Positions 42,701-55,545 of a DNA stretch of 64,000 nt are shown piece by piece. The notes below the pieces were generated by a model, which was given only the letters and a program-made list of their open reading frames with translations, made no database searches and had not been told where the DNA came from. The translations under genes were made by a program, and so were the position numbers. Source of the stretch: Hemiscyllium ocellatum. Lineage: Eukaryota. The stretch is from positions 14,754,006 to 14,818,005 of the forward strand of contig NC_083448.1 in assembly GCF_020745735.1 (NCBI RefSeq), written 5' to 3'. Each line of letters starts with the position of its first letter. The stretch's first letter is position 1.

Positions 42701-45394
42701 TATTCCAGATGTCTTTTGATCTCCTTAAGTAGCGTTGGGCAAATTGTATTTGCCTATGCTTCTGTGAAGAGCCTTGGGATGTTTCAGACAACTCTGTCCG
42801 TCTCGTTTCACTATCTTTCTTTTTAAACCACGCAGTATTTTGATTGATCTCATACACTGTTCAATCTTGCAGTCTCTTGTTCTCATTGCATTTCCCTCAC
42901 CATCACCCCTGTTTCTTAATTGCATTTGACACTTTCTAATCACATTGTATATCTAGTTTTTGCTGAAATTGTCCATCTTCTCCCTTGTTGAGAAGCATTG
43001 CTCAAAACGATGGATCGCCAAATGCTGGAGAAGACCTGATAGATAGATAAAATGAAGAACTGTGGATGCCAGAGATCTGAAGCAAAAACAGAAATTGCTG
43101 GAGAAATTCAGCAGGGCTGACAGCATCTGTAAGGAGAAAACAAAGTTAATGTCTAGAATAAGTGTCACTGAAGTTCAAACCTTGACACAGTTTTTATCTC
43201 CACCGATGCTGCCAGGACCTGATAGGTGTCATTTTTAGTTGTTTCAAGCTGCTTTGAGAAATGAACAATGAAGTCATCCCTGCAGTAGCAGTTTGACTGG
43301 ATGTATGTGCAGCTCCCTTCATTTTATGTGTTATTCAGGTTGTGTTGAACATTGTGTAGGTTTTGGATGTCCCGTTCCTCGTATACCAGCTGAGACCAGC
43401 TATCAGAGTGACCACATGTCTGTCTCCCGCATCTTGTGTGGTGCCCTTGTGTTCCCCACAATCTCCAGCATGGTTGGCAAGCTGATATTCAGTGGTGTTC
43501 ACTCCAACCTCCAGCGAACCATCTTGGTGAGTATATGTACCACGTCCTTCGATTTTTCTCCCTTGCTCTCCCAAATGCGCTGACTTGTGCCGGGACTCGA
43601 TTTCATTTGCACCATTGGTCTTTGGTCATTCTGGAATGTCCAGTGCTTTAACTAGTCATCTTGAGTGAGGCTGACTTTAAGGCTTTGCATTTCCTCAGTG
43701 CAAACAGAAGTCATCTGGATAGGATCTTTTATTGTAGGTATGCATCATTCAAGCCCAGCTTGAGTACGTTGCCTAAGCTGATGCTGAATGCGAAGCACAC
43801 TGGATTTTCCATTCCAGTGACCTCATGGTAGTGATGGAAGGGGAATACCTGGTTCCTTCACTTACTGTCTACCATTCTTTCCTCATCCAACACCACTAAA
43901 AGTAGATGGGCCATCATTCACCTTTCAGCTTCTTTGTTGTCTAATAGAAGAATTCATGCCCTATCAGTTTGGAAAGCTCTTCTCAAAGGCCTATACAACC
44001 TTTTCCACCTGGATGAACCAACCTCTCACAATCTGTCCTGTCAAGCTCTTTACAATCTTCATACATTTCAATGATATCACTTCAAGTTGAGATAATATAG
44101 TTTCATACTGTTCAGATTTTATCATAAGCCTGTTAATGAGTCATACAGCGCAGAAACATGCTGACCAAGATTCTCAAACTAAACTAGTCCCATTTGGCCC
44201 ATATCCTTCTGAATGTTCCTTATTCATGTCCCTGTCCAAATGTCTTTTAAATTTTGAAACTCTTCCTGCATCTATTGTTTTCTCTAGTTTATGAACCACC
44301 TGTTTTGTGAACAAGTTGTCCCTTGGATCCCTTCTCAATCCTTCTCCTCTCAATTCAAAATTATGCCCTCCAACCACTCTGCATTGGTTGTAATCTCTCT
44401 TGGCCGGCTGTGTAAGTCAGCGGGTATATTGTCAGCTAAGCCTTTGGATAATGGCAGTTAGATTTCTATACCTCTTGGAGTGTAATCCCATTGCAATAGT
44501 CTCCTGTCTCCTCAAAAAGGAACAGGTATATCATAGGTTAGGATCGCTTGTAATTTCCCCAGCACCAAATGTCCTGCTGATGGTCGCAATTAATTCCTCA
44601 CAAAAGGCCTACTTGGGGCAAGATCAGAGGTTTGTGGTCAAGTGACTTGTGTTGCATTCAGAGCCAATGCATGGACGGGGAAAGAAAATCAGAAAAATCA
44701 AGATTTTATGTAATTTTTGAAAGCCTTACACTGCTAGATTAAGAGTTCAGTCTGAACCACTGTAAATTCATCTGAGTTTGATTTGAGGATAATTCCAAGT
44801 GAAACCTGTTAGATAGATCAATAGTTCTCAAGAATTTCTGTATCCATGTGTTAAGGGTTTCTTTCTTAACAAATGCAAGAAAACAAATGTTGCATGGGCT
44901 CAAACATTCTCAAAAGTGAAGGATGGTTTCAACCAAAGAATTTTGAATTGGGGTGAAGGGAACTCGGAAGTTGTTTTGATGAGGGACACAAAGGGGCAGG
45001 TGAACAATTTTCACTGAAGAGCAGCTTATTAATTGGGAGGTTATCGATACAACAATGAAAGATGAGATTGGTGAAAATTGTCAGGACTTGAATTGCTGAA
45101 TCAGTGACAGTAACAGAATGTAGAATCCAAATATTAAGGTGTTGTGGAAAAATATTCAACAAAAAAGGGGAAACAGTAAAACTGTGGGGAAAGCCAGCAT
45201 TATGGGATGTGGAGAGATCATTCAGAGAGTCATCCAATGCACAAATGGCTCTCTGCTGAATTGTGAAATTCCAGTTGCTGCTGTATAGATAAATGGCCTT
45301 GTGAAACAAGGAGAGTCAAGCTGAACTTTATGAGAAGCAGCTTTATGGATCCATAGCACTTTGCAACTATCTTGCTGTGCGTCAAGATTGACTT

Positions 45395-45430
<36 letters not shown>

Positions 45431-45592
45431 CAGGGCGGGATTGCCTTCATTGCCATCAAAGGGGCCCTAAAAGTTTACTTCAGACAGCAGCAATATCTGA
45501 TGCAAGCAAACCGCCGGATTCTGAACTATCCTGAGCGAGATGATGACCAGGAAGAACTCCAGGCAGGTTATGAGGATTCTGGGAGTGACTAA
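33702..45592 (+). CDS. march5l: MARCH5-like (MITOL paralog) RING-CH E3 ubiquitin ligase; 6 coding exons, 292 aa
   Basis: Exons 33702-33736, 38743-38945, 39971-40101, 41852-42035, 43360-43526, 45434-45592 total 879 nt, all GT-AG. RING-CH CWVC..PCRC..H.AC..CPQC and four hydrophobic segments. WVSPCRCKG, WIHQ, WLDEKQKG, GTVYWSA and HKKG resemble fish march5l more than MARCHF5. Confidence 0.9.
34631..34720 (-). mobile_element. ~90-bp solo PLE family A terminus containing the hammerhead core (34693-34720)
   Basis: Near-identical to 3155-3245; flanked by direct repeat cagtgcag (34623-34630, 34718-34725). Confidence 0.9.
35679..35904 (+). mobile_element. Young 5'-truncated HE1-like V-SINE
   Basis: Intact CpG-rich V-domain and tail ending ctaatctaat. 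Confidence 0.9.
36450..36540 (+). mobile_element. PLE family C terminal fragment
   Basis: Reverse complement of 13430-13515. Confidence 0.7.
38743..38945 (+). CDS. march5l: MARCH5-like exon 2 (RING-CH)
   Basis: NCWVCFATD..EYLIVFPKL. Confidence 0.95.
39971..40101 (+). CDS. march5l: MARCH5-like exon 3
   Basis: GPVVYSLHQVDRILSKASPFAAASIVVGTVYWSAVTYGAVTVMQ. Confidence 0.95.
41852..42035 (+). CDS. march5l: MARCH5-like exon 4
   Basis: VVGHKKGLDLMERADPLFLL..SNIFP. Confidence 0.95.
42115..42393 (+). mobile_element. Short PLE family B derivative with inverted ends and a degenerate hammerhead (42317-42356)
   Basis: gtttgctcgctgagctggcaggtt (~42158-42181) is mirrored by aacctgccagctcagcgagcaaac (~42362-42385); uca-CUGAUGA-u-guuacc..gaugac-aAAA-ca-UC-uga. 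Confidence 0.8.
43360..43526 (+). CDS. march5l: MARCH5-like exon 5 (alternative in-frame acceptor at 43339)
   Basis: GFGCPVPRIPAE..SNLQRTIL. Confidence 0.92.
44140..44375 (-). mobile_element. CR1 3' fragment
   Basis: GHNFELRGE and FKRHLDRDMN motifs plus 3' UTR. Confidence 0.75.
45399..45427 (+). repeat. (TC)n microsatellite forming the polypyrimidine tract of MARCH5L exon 6
   Basis: About 14 TC units ending 6 nt before the exon. Confidence 0.9.
45434..45592 (+). CDS. march5l: MARCH5-like exon 6 (coding part, stop TAA)
   Basis: GGIAFIAIKGALKVYFRQQQYL..NYPERDDDQEELQAGYEDSGSD*. Confidence 0.95.
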   Translation, partial: GGIAFIAIKGALKVYFRQQQYLMQANRRILNYPERDDDQEELQAGYEDSGSD

Positions 45593-46467
45593 AATGCTTA
45601 TTTGCAAGAGATTCGTGCTCTGAGATGGACTGTTTTCACTTTAGGCCTCATGGAATTGGCACTCGATATCACCCGTTTTGGGGACATCACCACACTGAGA
45701 GATGGCAAAATGCTGATCTGGAATCCAGCCCCCATAGAGCTGGTCCCACTGGTTTCTTTTTAAACATGGGCTGAATATCTACGCTCATTTTTAACTGGCA
45801 TTATGTTCGTAAATCTTACTGCTTGTCTGTTTGATATTTCAAACTCCTCTCAGCAAACCTCTGCCAGAGGCCACAGTCCCGAGCAGTACCATGCTTGAAA
45901 GTTCCTGTGCAAGTATGACACCATGCCTTGGCAGGACACGATTCCTCTGATTGTAGGAGGCACAGTTTCTGTCTGAAGGCTGGGAGAACTTGAAAACTCA
46001 ACAATGTTCTCATGGCATTTGCTGGACAGGAGAAAGCACTCCATCTCAAGTCTGTATGATACACCAGACTGTGCAGATTCTAAAAGGGATGGACGTAGAG
46101 TATCAAAGATGTGGATGGGATCTGAAGTGATTTCTGTCGACCTTGTAAGCAAATCAGATTATTGGCATCTTTTAAAGTGATCTAAAAATTCTTCTGTCAG
46201 ACCCTGTGATATTTCAGGCCACAAGAAAGAAGAGAAATGTAGTGAAAAGTTAAGTTTGGCATTCAGTGAAGTATCACAAGCTTCTGTCCCACAGAGAGAA
46301 TTTTCTAAGCTCGTTGCATGTGGCTAAAACAAGTGTATCAAAATAAGTGACTTAATTTTATAAATATATATTTAAAAGTTGATAGTGTAGATTAGTTTTT
46401 TTTTTAAACCCACAGAAAATAATTTATTTTTAATGGAATTTGCTTTTTTCCCTGCTGTGGCAGCCCT

Positions 46468-46505
46468 AATAAATTGACTATTTATGCAAAGCTACTTGGA
46501 ATAAA
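46468..46505 (+). terminator. Candidate polyadenylation signals of MARCH5L
   Basis: AATAAA at 46468-46473 and 46500-46505, after an AU-rich 3' UTR end and followed by GT/T-rich sequence. Confidence 0.55.
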
Positions 46506-49500
46506 ATGAGGAATCTCAGTAAGTTGAATTTAATTAAAAAAAAATGCCAGCTCTGATTTGTTGCCTGTTTCTTCCTCTGGTGTTGATGATGTACATGAAT
46601 AAGTCTTGACATCAAGGCTTTTCTTTTTTTCTCTCTCCTGTTGCTATTTCTGTGCATGTACACAGAAATATTACAGAGGTTGTGCCACCCTGAGTTGATG
46701 AGTGAAGCAAGAGCAATGGGATACTTGTTGCCTGGAGTGCAAAATAACAAAGCATCATATGTTCTTTGTTCTGCCCCCTACTTTATGCCCCTACATTCAG
46801 GTAGTTTGGCAGCACAAGGAAGGTGTGTTTCAATTGCTCTGGGGAAGCAAATGGAGAAAATAACACAGAGCTGAGATCTGGCAACTTGAACCTGCCTGAG
46901 CTCCTCTCATTTCTCACCCCTCTGATTTTCATTGCCCCATCAGTGGCGACTGGGCTTTCAGCTGCCCAGGGTCTAGACTGTGAAATTCACTGCCTGAGCT
47001 TCATAGCGTTTCCACTGCTGCATCTCCACCTCACTATTCTCCTTCAAGAATTTTGTTAAAACCACCAAGTTTATGCTCATGGACGTTAATTTTTTCTTTT
47101 GTCACTCCATGTCAAGTTTTGTTGCATTCGCACTTCGCTACACTGAACTGTGTTAGAGGTGATATATGAAACTAAGTTGTTGCTGACATGTCAGTGAAAC
47201 AATATCCCTTCCTTGTAACTTTGTCTTTTTCATCTTAAAGTCCAGAAGCTGAAGTCAACAGGGCTATTCTGTGACTGGATTGTTCCACTTGCCCTCTGGA
47301 TTATGTGTGACAGTGAGCTACTGGTTTGTAATATTGATTTCCAAAAGCTGGTGGAGCTAAAATATTCCATCAGTTTATTTGAGGTTAGTTCCCACCATTT
47401 TCTATTGCATCCTGAAAATTGCCTGTGTAAAGAATTACCTAAATCTCCTGCGGGACCTTCAGCCCCATGTTATTGTATTAAAAAAAGAGATCGAATGTCA
47501 ATTATTCAGTGAGGTCTTGATGGAAAGTGAGCGTAGATGGATACTGATCAATGAAAATGTTGATCTTGAATATGGTGTTTCCTGCGACCAGTTACCTTAC
47601 TCCTACAAGGTGTGTAAGCACATTTGAGCAGAATTTGTCCAAATATGCATCTAATGAACAAGATTAAGACCAAACACTAATTCATTTTCTCCAGCCTCTG
47701 TCTGGGTTCTTCAGCTGAGTCGTCACCTCATTCAGGCATCCCCAACTTAAACCATATTGTTCAATACGGTCCACTGACTCCTGTTTATGTTGTGGCTGAT
47801 GTTCATCTCTTCGAATTTCTTTGAAAGTGTTGCATTTAAATTGCTGATTTACAAAAGTCATTGCCTACTGCACAAAACCTGAACAGCCTCCTTCAGTTCC
47901 ATAACCCAGTTTGTATATTTGCCCCATCAGTTCCTCCTTGCCCCACGGTCAGTGATAAGGCCTTATGGCACGATAGCTGATCATACTGGAAATCTCTCTT
48001 TACAAATTTGTCCTTGACTTTAATATCTCCATTCACCCCAAAGCCTTTCAACCCTTTTAAACCGCTGCTGCATGTATTCCACTGCACACGTTTTTGACCT
48101 GCTTTAGTTCACTGGCGCTTAAAATCCTCAGATTATACCTGTTGTTATACTGCATGCTCCAGTCCCCACTTTGCCTTGCCTCTTGCAGTTCTGTAATTCA
48201 TCAAAAACGTTTTCCTCCCTAGATGCCCTCTATTTTGTGTTTTGAAAGGAAGTTCGTACCAGACTTGAAATATTAACTCTGTTTCTCCCTAGAAATGCTC
48301 CAGCTCTGCTGAGTTTCTCCAGCATTGCTCCAGCTTTCACGCATCTGCAGTGGTTGAAGTTCATAGTCTTCCTCCAAATTTGCTCTTAATTCTCTCCCCT
48401 CTCGTTGCAAAATGAGCAGTCAGACCCTCAAATAGGCTTTGCTCCAGGCTCTGGAATTTATTGTATACTCGTTCTGGTTCTGTACCCTCTCAAATCCACA
48501 TTTTCTATTTAAAAAGAAAAACACTTATTCAGGCAAATCTTCATTGGCTCTTTCTTTGGTTTAGTGTCCCTTCTGACTGATGATGAGTCGTGTGTGTATC
48601 TTTGTGAACGTTGGGCGTATCATTTGTTGCTTCCCATTCTAAAGATCAGCTTATTCCTGTTCACAATAGACTTTAACCTGAAGGAAGAGGGGACAGACTG
48701 AGATTCATGAGAACATGAGTAACAGGAAATGGGTCAGAGCAGGAAGGAATGGGTGTAGAATGTATACTTCAAGTAAATGACTGAAAACAAAGCATATTAC
48801 AAGTCACTTCAGCAGTGAGATTTCAAGATCATGTACATTATGTGTAATTTGATTTGGTTTTGTTTTTATTTTGTCATGTGTAGTGTAATACAAAAGTACA
48901 GGAGTGCAATGAGAAGGGTCTAAGGTCGCCACACATGGTGCCATCTTCAGCTTAAGTATCTAGGTACAGACTCTTAAGAACAAAGTCGAAAGAAAGAACA
49001 AAATTAGAAGTTAAACATTGCAGTAATTATAGTGTAGTGCAAAACATACAAAATAAGGTTTAAATAAGGTTGCAGATCTTAGTTTTAAATGGAAAATGAA
49101 GAAATGAAGCTGAAAGTTCAAACTTTCCAGTCTTAAGTGCTTAACCACAGTGGAAAAGCACGTTGGTGCTGGCAGGTGGGACTAGATGGGGCTGGGATAT
49201 CTGGTCGGCATGGACGGGTTGGACCAAAGGCTCTGTTTCCATGCTGTACATCTCTATGACTCTGTCTGGAGTCTCGAATTGGTTTGAGACCCTCTTTGCA
49301 TTTAGTTATACTTCATTTAAAAACTGATATATGTCGCAGAGAGAAAATTACATTTTCTAACTGTGTTTGGCCACACCTGCTGCAGACCTCCTAATTTTGG
49401 TCATCTGCCTTGGACAATGATTCAGTGTTGGTTATCCAGCCATTCAGCCAAAATTCAACATACTTCCATGTGGGACAAAATGTATACTTCCAAAAACTTG

Positions 49501-50475
49501 GGATCCTCATCCTGATGGCGAACATAGGTGTGCTGGTTTAACTTGTTCTCCACATTTCGGCCTGAGGTTGTGAGTAACTGAATAGTGTGTAAGTGTTACA
49601 CGTGCACTAATCACAGACAGCAAAAGGTAAGCTGAGATGGATTTTTTTTAACTTTGCTTTTGTGTCTCTTTTTCTGTCTCTGAATCCATTCTTTCTTTTC
49701 ATCTCCATTCATGTATCTGCACCTGATTTGACTCTACTATTTGCCCTTCTCTTCCCTAATCCCTCTCTCTTAATCCTTAAATTCTATGATTAATTTGCTT
49801 TGTATTGACAGGCAGAAACTTTGAAACGTCAGGAAGCAGATGGACGGAGAGAAATCTACCATGAATCTGAAAGTGGAGGTCACAAGTGTAAGGTCATCAT
49901 GAATAGAATTTAGGGGCAAGTTGTTTGTCCCAAGTGCAAAAATCTGGAATAGGCTATCAGAGGGAGCAGTTGAGTTGAATAGTACTGATGCATTTGCGTA
50001 GGAGCTAGACAAACACGAGAAAGGAATATGATATGCTGATGGAGTTCACAGAATTCAGGAACGTGAAGGCTTTGGTGGAGCCTAAAACAGCTGCAGGGAG
50101 TGATTAGTCAGAATTGCATGTTGTTATGCTGCATTTCAGGAGCAACTTGTAATGCAATTTTCCAGTTTTTCAACCAAGAATCATGCAAAATGATTGTGAC
50201 AAAAAGGGATTGGAATCTCATACAAAACAAAATTTAATGTAACTAATTCACTAATTGCAAATCAATGGGCCTTATCGTGATCATCAATAAAAAGTGATCG
50301 GAAATCTGTTTGTTCACCTTTATCCTCTTGCACAAATGGTTTGCTGAAGATTGAGAGTTACAAAGGAGTAGTCATTCTCTGCTACCCCTCTTTTTCTGTC
50401 ACAGTTTTGAGCATAAAAATCTCGGTGCTGTCTTCCAAATGACATGTGAAAACAGGCAATGTCAGGTGAACATGA

Positions 50476-50690
50476 AAGGTCCCATGGTTCTATTTTGAAA
50501 AAGGGTGGAGAATTATTCCGTTGACCAATATTTATTGCTCAAACAAAATCACAAGAACCAGATTGTCTGGCTTTAATCTTAGTGCAGTGCTGTTTGAGGA
50601 ATCTTTGTTGTGTGCAAATTGACTGCCATTTTCCTACATCATACCAGGAACTAGACTTCAGAAATACTGAATTGCTTGTGAAGCAACTTT
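50476..50690 (+). mobile_element. Deu-domain SINE (SacSINE1/AmnSINE1-like)
   Basis: tcccatgg..ccaatatttat..cagatt.tctgg..gctgtttg..tgtgtgcaaattgactgcc..tttcctacat..acttcagaa matches the remembered Deu-domain consensus. Confidence 0.7.
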
Positions 50691-51186
50691 TTTTTCTGTT
50701 CATTTACTCTTTACGCGAATGCAGAAGGCCTGGCCAGACATATTTATCATTTATTTGTTAGAAATGTGTTTCCTTATTCTTGATGTTTCGTGTCCTGTTA
50801 AGGGTTAGTTCTTTAGACATCTTCCTCTCTGGCAACTCTTCTGTCGTATGTGAACATGGGCCTGATAATTGGGAGATATTAGAAGAAATTAGCTATTAAC
50901 CTTGGACATACATTTTAGAGCAGCTGCTATTTTATTGATTCTTCCAGAGGACAGTTTTTCTCCCCTTAACACGTTTGAAGGTACAGGCTCCTAAGTTAAG
51001 CTCTCACAATTGGAAGGTTTTGTTTTGCAGACAATTGTAAACTTACAAACTGAGATTAAGGTAAGAATGATTATAATTTGTACTGTGTATTAAGTGTTGC
51101 ATCTTCACAATATGTGGTGGCAACTTTTACATTTATGACCAATGGTTTTGTTTCAATGAAGGATTGAAGGATGGATCAAGTCCTAT

Positions 51187-51532
51187 GGAAACACAGAAGA
51201 TAGGAGCAGGAGGAGGCCATTCGGCCCTTTGAGCCTGCTCCACTATTCATTACTATCATGGCTGATTGTTCAAATCAATAGCCTAATCCTGCTTTCTCCC
51301 CACAACCTTTGGTCCCATTCGCCCCAAGTGCTATATCTAGCCACTTCCTGAATACGTTCAATGTTTTGGCAGCAACTACTTCCTGTAGTCATGAATTCCA
51401 CAGGCTCACCCATCTCCTTCCTAAATGGTCCACCCAGAATCCTCAGACTGTGACCCCTGGTTCTGGGCGCACATGCCATCAGAACATACTCCGTGCATCT
51501 ACCCTGTTTCATCCTGTTAGAATTTCATAAGT
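51187..51532 (-). mobile_element. CR1 3' fragment
   Basis: RTRGHSLRI motif; 3' end ..ctgctcctatcttctgtgtttc. Confidence 0.85.
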
Positions 51533-54500
51533 CTTTCTGAGATCTGAGCTCAGGAGTTGGTTCTTTTTGCAGAAATGACAGGAATTGTGAAACAGGTTTC
51601 TGCAGCTGCACCAAAGGGGCTCAACTCGTTCACGCAAGAACTGGATAGATTTCTGACTAGTGCGGAGATAACCTCTGAGAAAACAGAGTTATGTTGATTG
51701 CATCTTCTGGATGAATTTCTACTTCTTAGGAGGAGCTTTTTTTAATACTTCTCCCCAAAGGTTGGAAAGTGTCGTTGGAACAGTGTACAACTTGGAGTAT
51801 GATGGGGAGGCAACTTCGCACGACGGGCTAAAGAGAACCAGTTGTCTTTTGCTGTCCAAAGTTGTGCATATCTAACTCCACCGTAAGAGAACCAGATACT
51901 GACTAGAATGTGAAAGTGAGTTTTGAGAGGTATTAAAAGGATTATTCTGAGAGGTGGCAGGGTCTTGGCTTTGAGAAATTGTACCATTTGACCTTTCATC
52001 CTATAGGCTTGGATTCCCCTTCAAAAAGACAATGACTGATATTCTACCGTGGCTCTACTTTTATGCATACTCTCAATAATTTGTATTTCTGACTTAAATA
52101 TACAGGGTACTCTGACTTTGCCTCAAGAGACTGCTGAAATGCAAATTCGAGGTTATTACAATGATATTCTGTACTATTCTTATTCCAAATTTGAGTCAGA
52201 TTGTGGATGTTGAGCATTTCTGCATCGGCATCTTTCAATAAGTGTTTGAATAAGTCAGTCTCAAATTAGTTTCAACTGTTTTTGTGGATCTTTATCGATT
52301 CATCTTCAAATATTTCCCCATTGCTTTGTTCAGCAGAGCTGTTTGTAATTGCAGAACCACAACATTTGGTTTTTCACAGCTTGGGTGTGTTTGGCATCAC
52401 CCATTCCTTCCTCAAGTCCTCTTTGCTGTTCTTGAACTTGCGCTTTGCACTTGGATAGCTGATGAACTTGTCTCATTCATTTTGAGGCACAATGGAACCA
52501 AAGACAGAGGCAAGGGAGAGGACTCTAGACTGAGTAGCACTCACCATTTCCGAATTTTTCCAACCAAGACAGGGGTAAAACAATTTATTAGCCAGCCAAT
52601 TTTCTACAACTACCACCTTTCTAAGGGCTCTGTGGGGCAATTTTTATGTGTTGTTTAAAACTACAAGGTAAGAACATCGTAGCAGTAGGTATGTCAGACT
52701 GTCCACACAATACAGAAGCTTTCTTCGCTTCAGGACTTATAAAACACACACCCACACATGCCCAGCTGTAAGATTTGGAACCTTCTCTGCTTTTGAATGA
52801 CTCATTGCGCAATACAGATTGTTGACAAAGGTGGAATCTGTTCAGAAATGCACTGTCACTCAAAATTATGCATTTCAGGGTCAGCCTGTTCATTTGCAGA
52901 CAATAAGTCAGAACTAAGTATTTTTCAAGGATCGTATCCTTGGCATGATAAAGATGTCACATGCACATACACACATACCAATGTTTTCCTTTTAGCAGAC
53001 CAGGAGATGTCTGTCATCTGAATGCAAGCTATGACGGTAGGGTTTGATGGCTGCTGGCATCTTGCCCAAGTACCTGCTTTCCAATTATCAGCAAGCCATT
53101 GAAATACACTGGGCATTCTGTCTGAGATGGATCCGGTCTTCACTCAAAGCCAACCTTTGTGTAGTAATCACCTCGCAAGCCCAGGGAACAAAAGCTTGAT
53201 ATTTGCAATGCAGCTCACAGCGTTTGGGTGTTTGTGCCAGCATTGAACATATTTAAAAATATATCCTCTGCAGCCTTTGACAGACAAGAATTTCTGAGAG
53301 AATTCACTCCCTTCTGAGAGAAGTGATTCCTTCTCATTTCCATCATAACTGGGTAATCCCATAGTCTGAGATTATACCCTCTGGTCCAATAATATCTTCA
53401 GATTGACTCTGTTCAGCTACCTAAAAATACTTCATGTTTCAGAGCCGAGAGTGTAGTGCTGGCAGAGCACCACACTCTGGACTGTGAGCTCCAGCGTCTG
53501 CAGTCCTCGCTTTCTCTATGTTTCAATAAGGTTTCTTCCAAAATTTGCAATCTTCTAAATGACAAAGCATATAGGCAACTCAGTCAACCACCTCAAAAGA
53601 AAATTCATCCATGCCCAAAATTAGTCTTATGAACCCTCTCTAGATTGCCTCAAATATTTTCCTTTCGAAAAAGGAACCAAATCTGTTCATAATATTATAA
53701 GTATGACTCTAAGTATGCTCTGAGTAGTGCCTAGTATATCTTTAAGCAAGACATCCATATTTTTATATTCCATTTCCTTTGAAATGAAGGCCTACATTCC
53801 ATTGACTTTGTCTATTACCTTCTGAAATGCATGAGGAGGCCAAAATGTTATGCTGTGGCTTCTACATTCTTAACCAATTTAATTACTATTCACCACCTAT
53901 TTTTATCACGCCCAAGTGCATTTTCCCACATTATATTCAATTTGCACTGGTTGCCTTTTACCTATCCTGCTTTTTAACTCCTCAAAGAATTACAGTAAAT
54001 TTGTAAGTCATGATTTCACCTTCATGAGGCTATCCTGACTGGATGATATTACGTGTTTCAAAATGCCCTGCGATTACACCCTTTATGATAGACTCTAATA
54101 CTTTACCAATGACACATGTTCAGCTACCTGACCTAACATGATCTATTGTTTCAATGTTTTCCTATTTGAATACAGATGCTATCTTGGCAGTTTTCCAATT
54201 CTCTGGGATTTTTCCAGCATCTAAGGTTGCTTAGATGATTACTGCCTTTGCATCAACTAAATCCATAAGGAATTCCTTTAATATCCCATGATGCAAACTA
54301 TCAGGTTAAAGGCACTGATCAGCCTTTAATCAGTTTAGTTTCCCGAGTAATTTTTCATTTTTGATTGTTATTATATTTATTTCCTCTCCACGTTTGGTCC
54401 TTGATTTTTTTTTGGTATTTTTGGAATCATTTTAGTGTCTTTTACTGTCAAGACCATTGCTGAGTAGTTATTTAGAAATTATGCCTTTTTTTTTTGATTC

Positions 54501-55069
54501 CCCATTTTTTTTTCATAGCTTCATTCTATGTTTACTTTTTTTTTCAGATTTCAGAAAACTCACACAGTCCATTTTGAGAATACTTGCCAATTTACTCTCA
54601 AACTTTATTTTATCTGTCTTTTTATGTTGGTCATTTCAGAAAAAAAGTTGACAATCCTCTGGCTTTTCGGTAATCTTTGCCTCTTTTTTTGTTTTTTTTA
54701 AATGCTATCTTTAATGAGTTTATCCCCATCCAAGAATCCTTATTTCTCACTGGATTTTTTTTTTGCTATTTATCATAAACTATTAAAAGTCTGCCGACAT
54801 TCGTCAACCATCTTCGCAGCTAAACTCCTGCCTCAATCTACTCCAGCCAGCCCTGCCCTCATTCTGCTCTGGGAATGACCCTTATTTAAGGTTAGCACTG
54901 TTGTGTCCAATCCTAATTCCTTCCTCCAGGCTATGGCCAGTCTTTTCTAGAAGATCTTCGGATCCAAGATCATCTCTTGCGATTGACCTTATTCCATTTC
55001 ATACTCACAGAACTACCTCAGCACTGTTCATTTCTTGCCTCTTCTTTCAAAATGTTCCATACACTTAAT

Positions 55070-55545
55070 TAGATTTACTAGCGTGTTGCTGGGTATAGAA
55101 GGTTTGAGTTAAAAAGAAAGACTGGATCAGCTGGGATTTGTCTCATTGGAGCATAAGGTTGAGAGATCACCTCATTGAAGTTTATAAAATCATAAGGAGT
55201 ATAGATAGGATTAATGGTAGTTGTCTTTTCCCTGGGAGGGGGATTTCAAGACTCGGTGGGGCTCATTTTTAGGTGAAAGGAGAGAGATTTAAAAAGACAT
55301 GAGAAGCAATATTTTTACACAGAGGGTGGTTCATGTGTGTAATGAACTTACTGAGAAAGTGATGGATATTGGTATAATTACAACATTTTAAAGATTATTG
55401 GATAATTACATGAATGAGATGGTTTGAAGGGATGTGGGCCAAGAGCAGGCAGGTGGGACTAGTTTAGTTTCAGATTATGTTTGGCATGGACTGGTTGGAC
55501 CAAAGAGTCTGTTTCTGTGCTGCATGACTCTGACTCTGCGACTCC
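55070..55545 (+). mobile_element. HER1-like CR1 3' fragment
   Basis: FTQRVV motif and a 3' UTR with gactct tail repeats. Confidence 0.85.
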
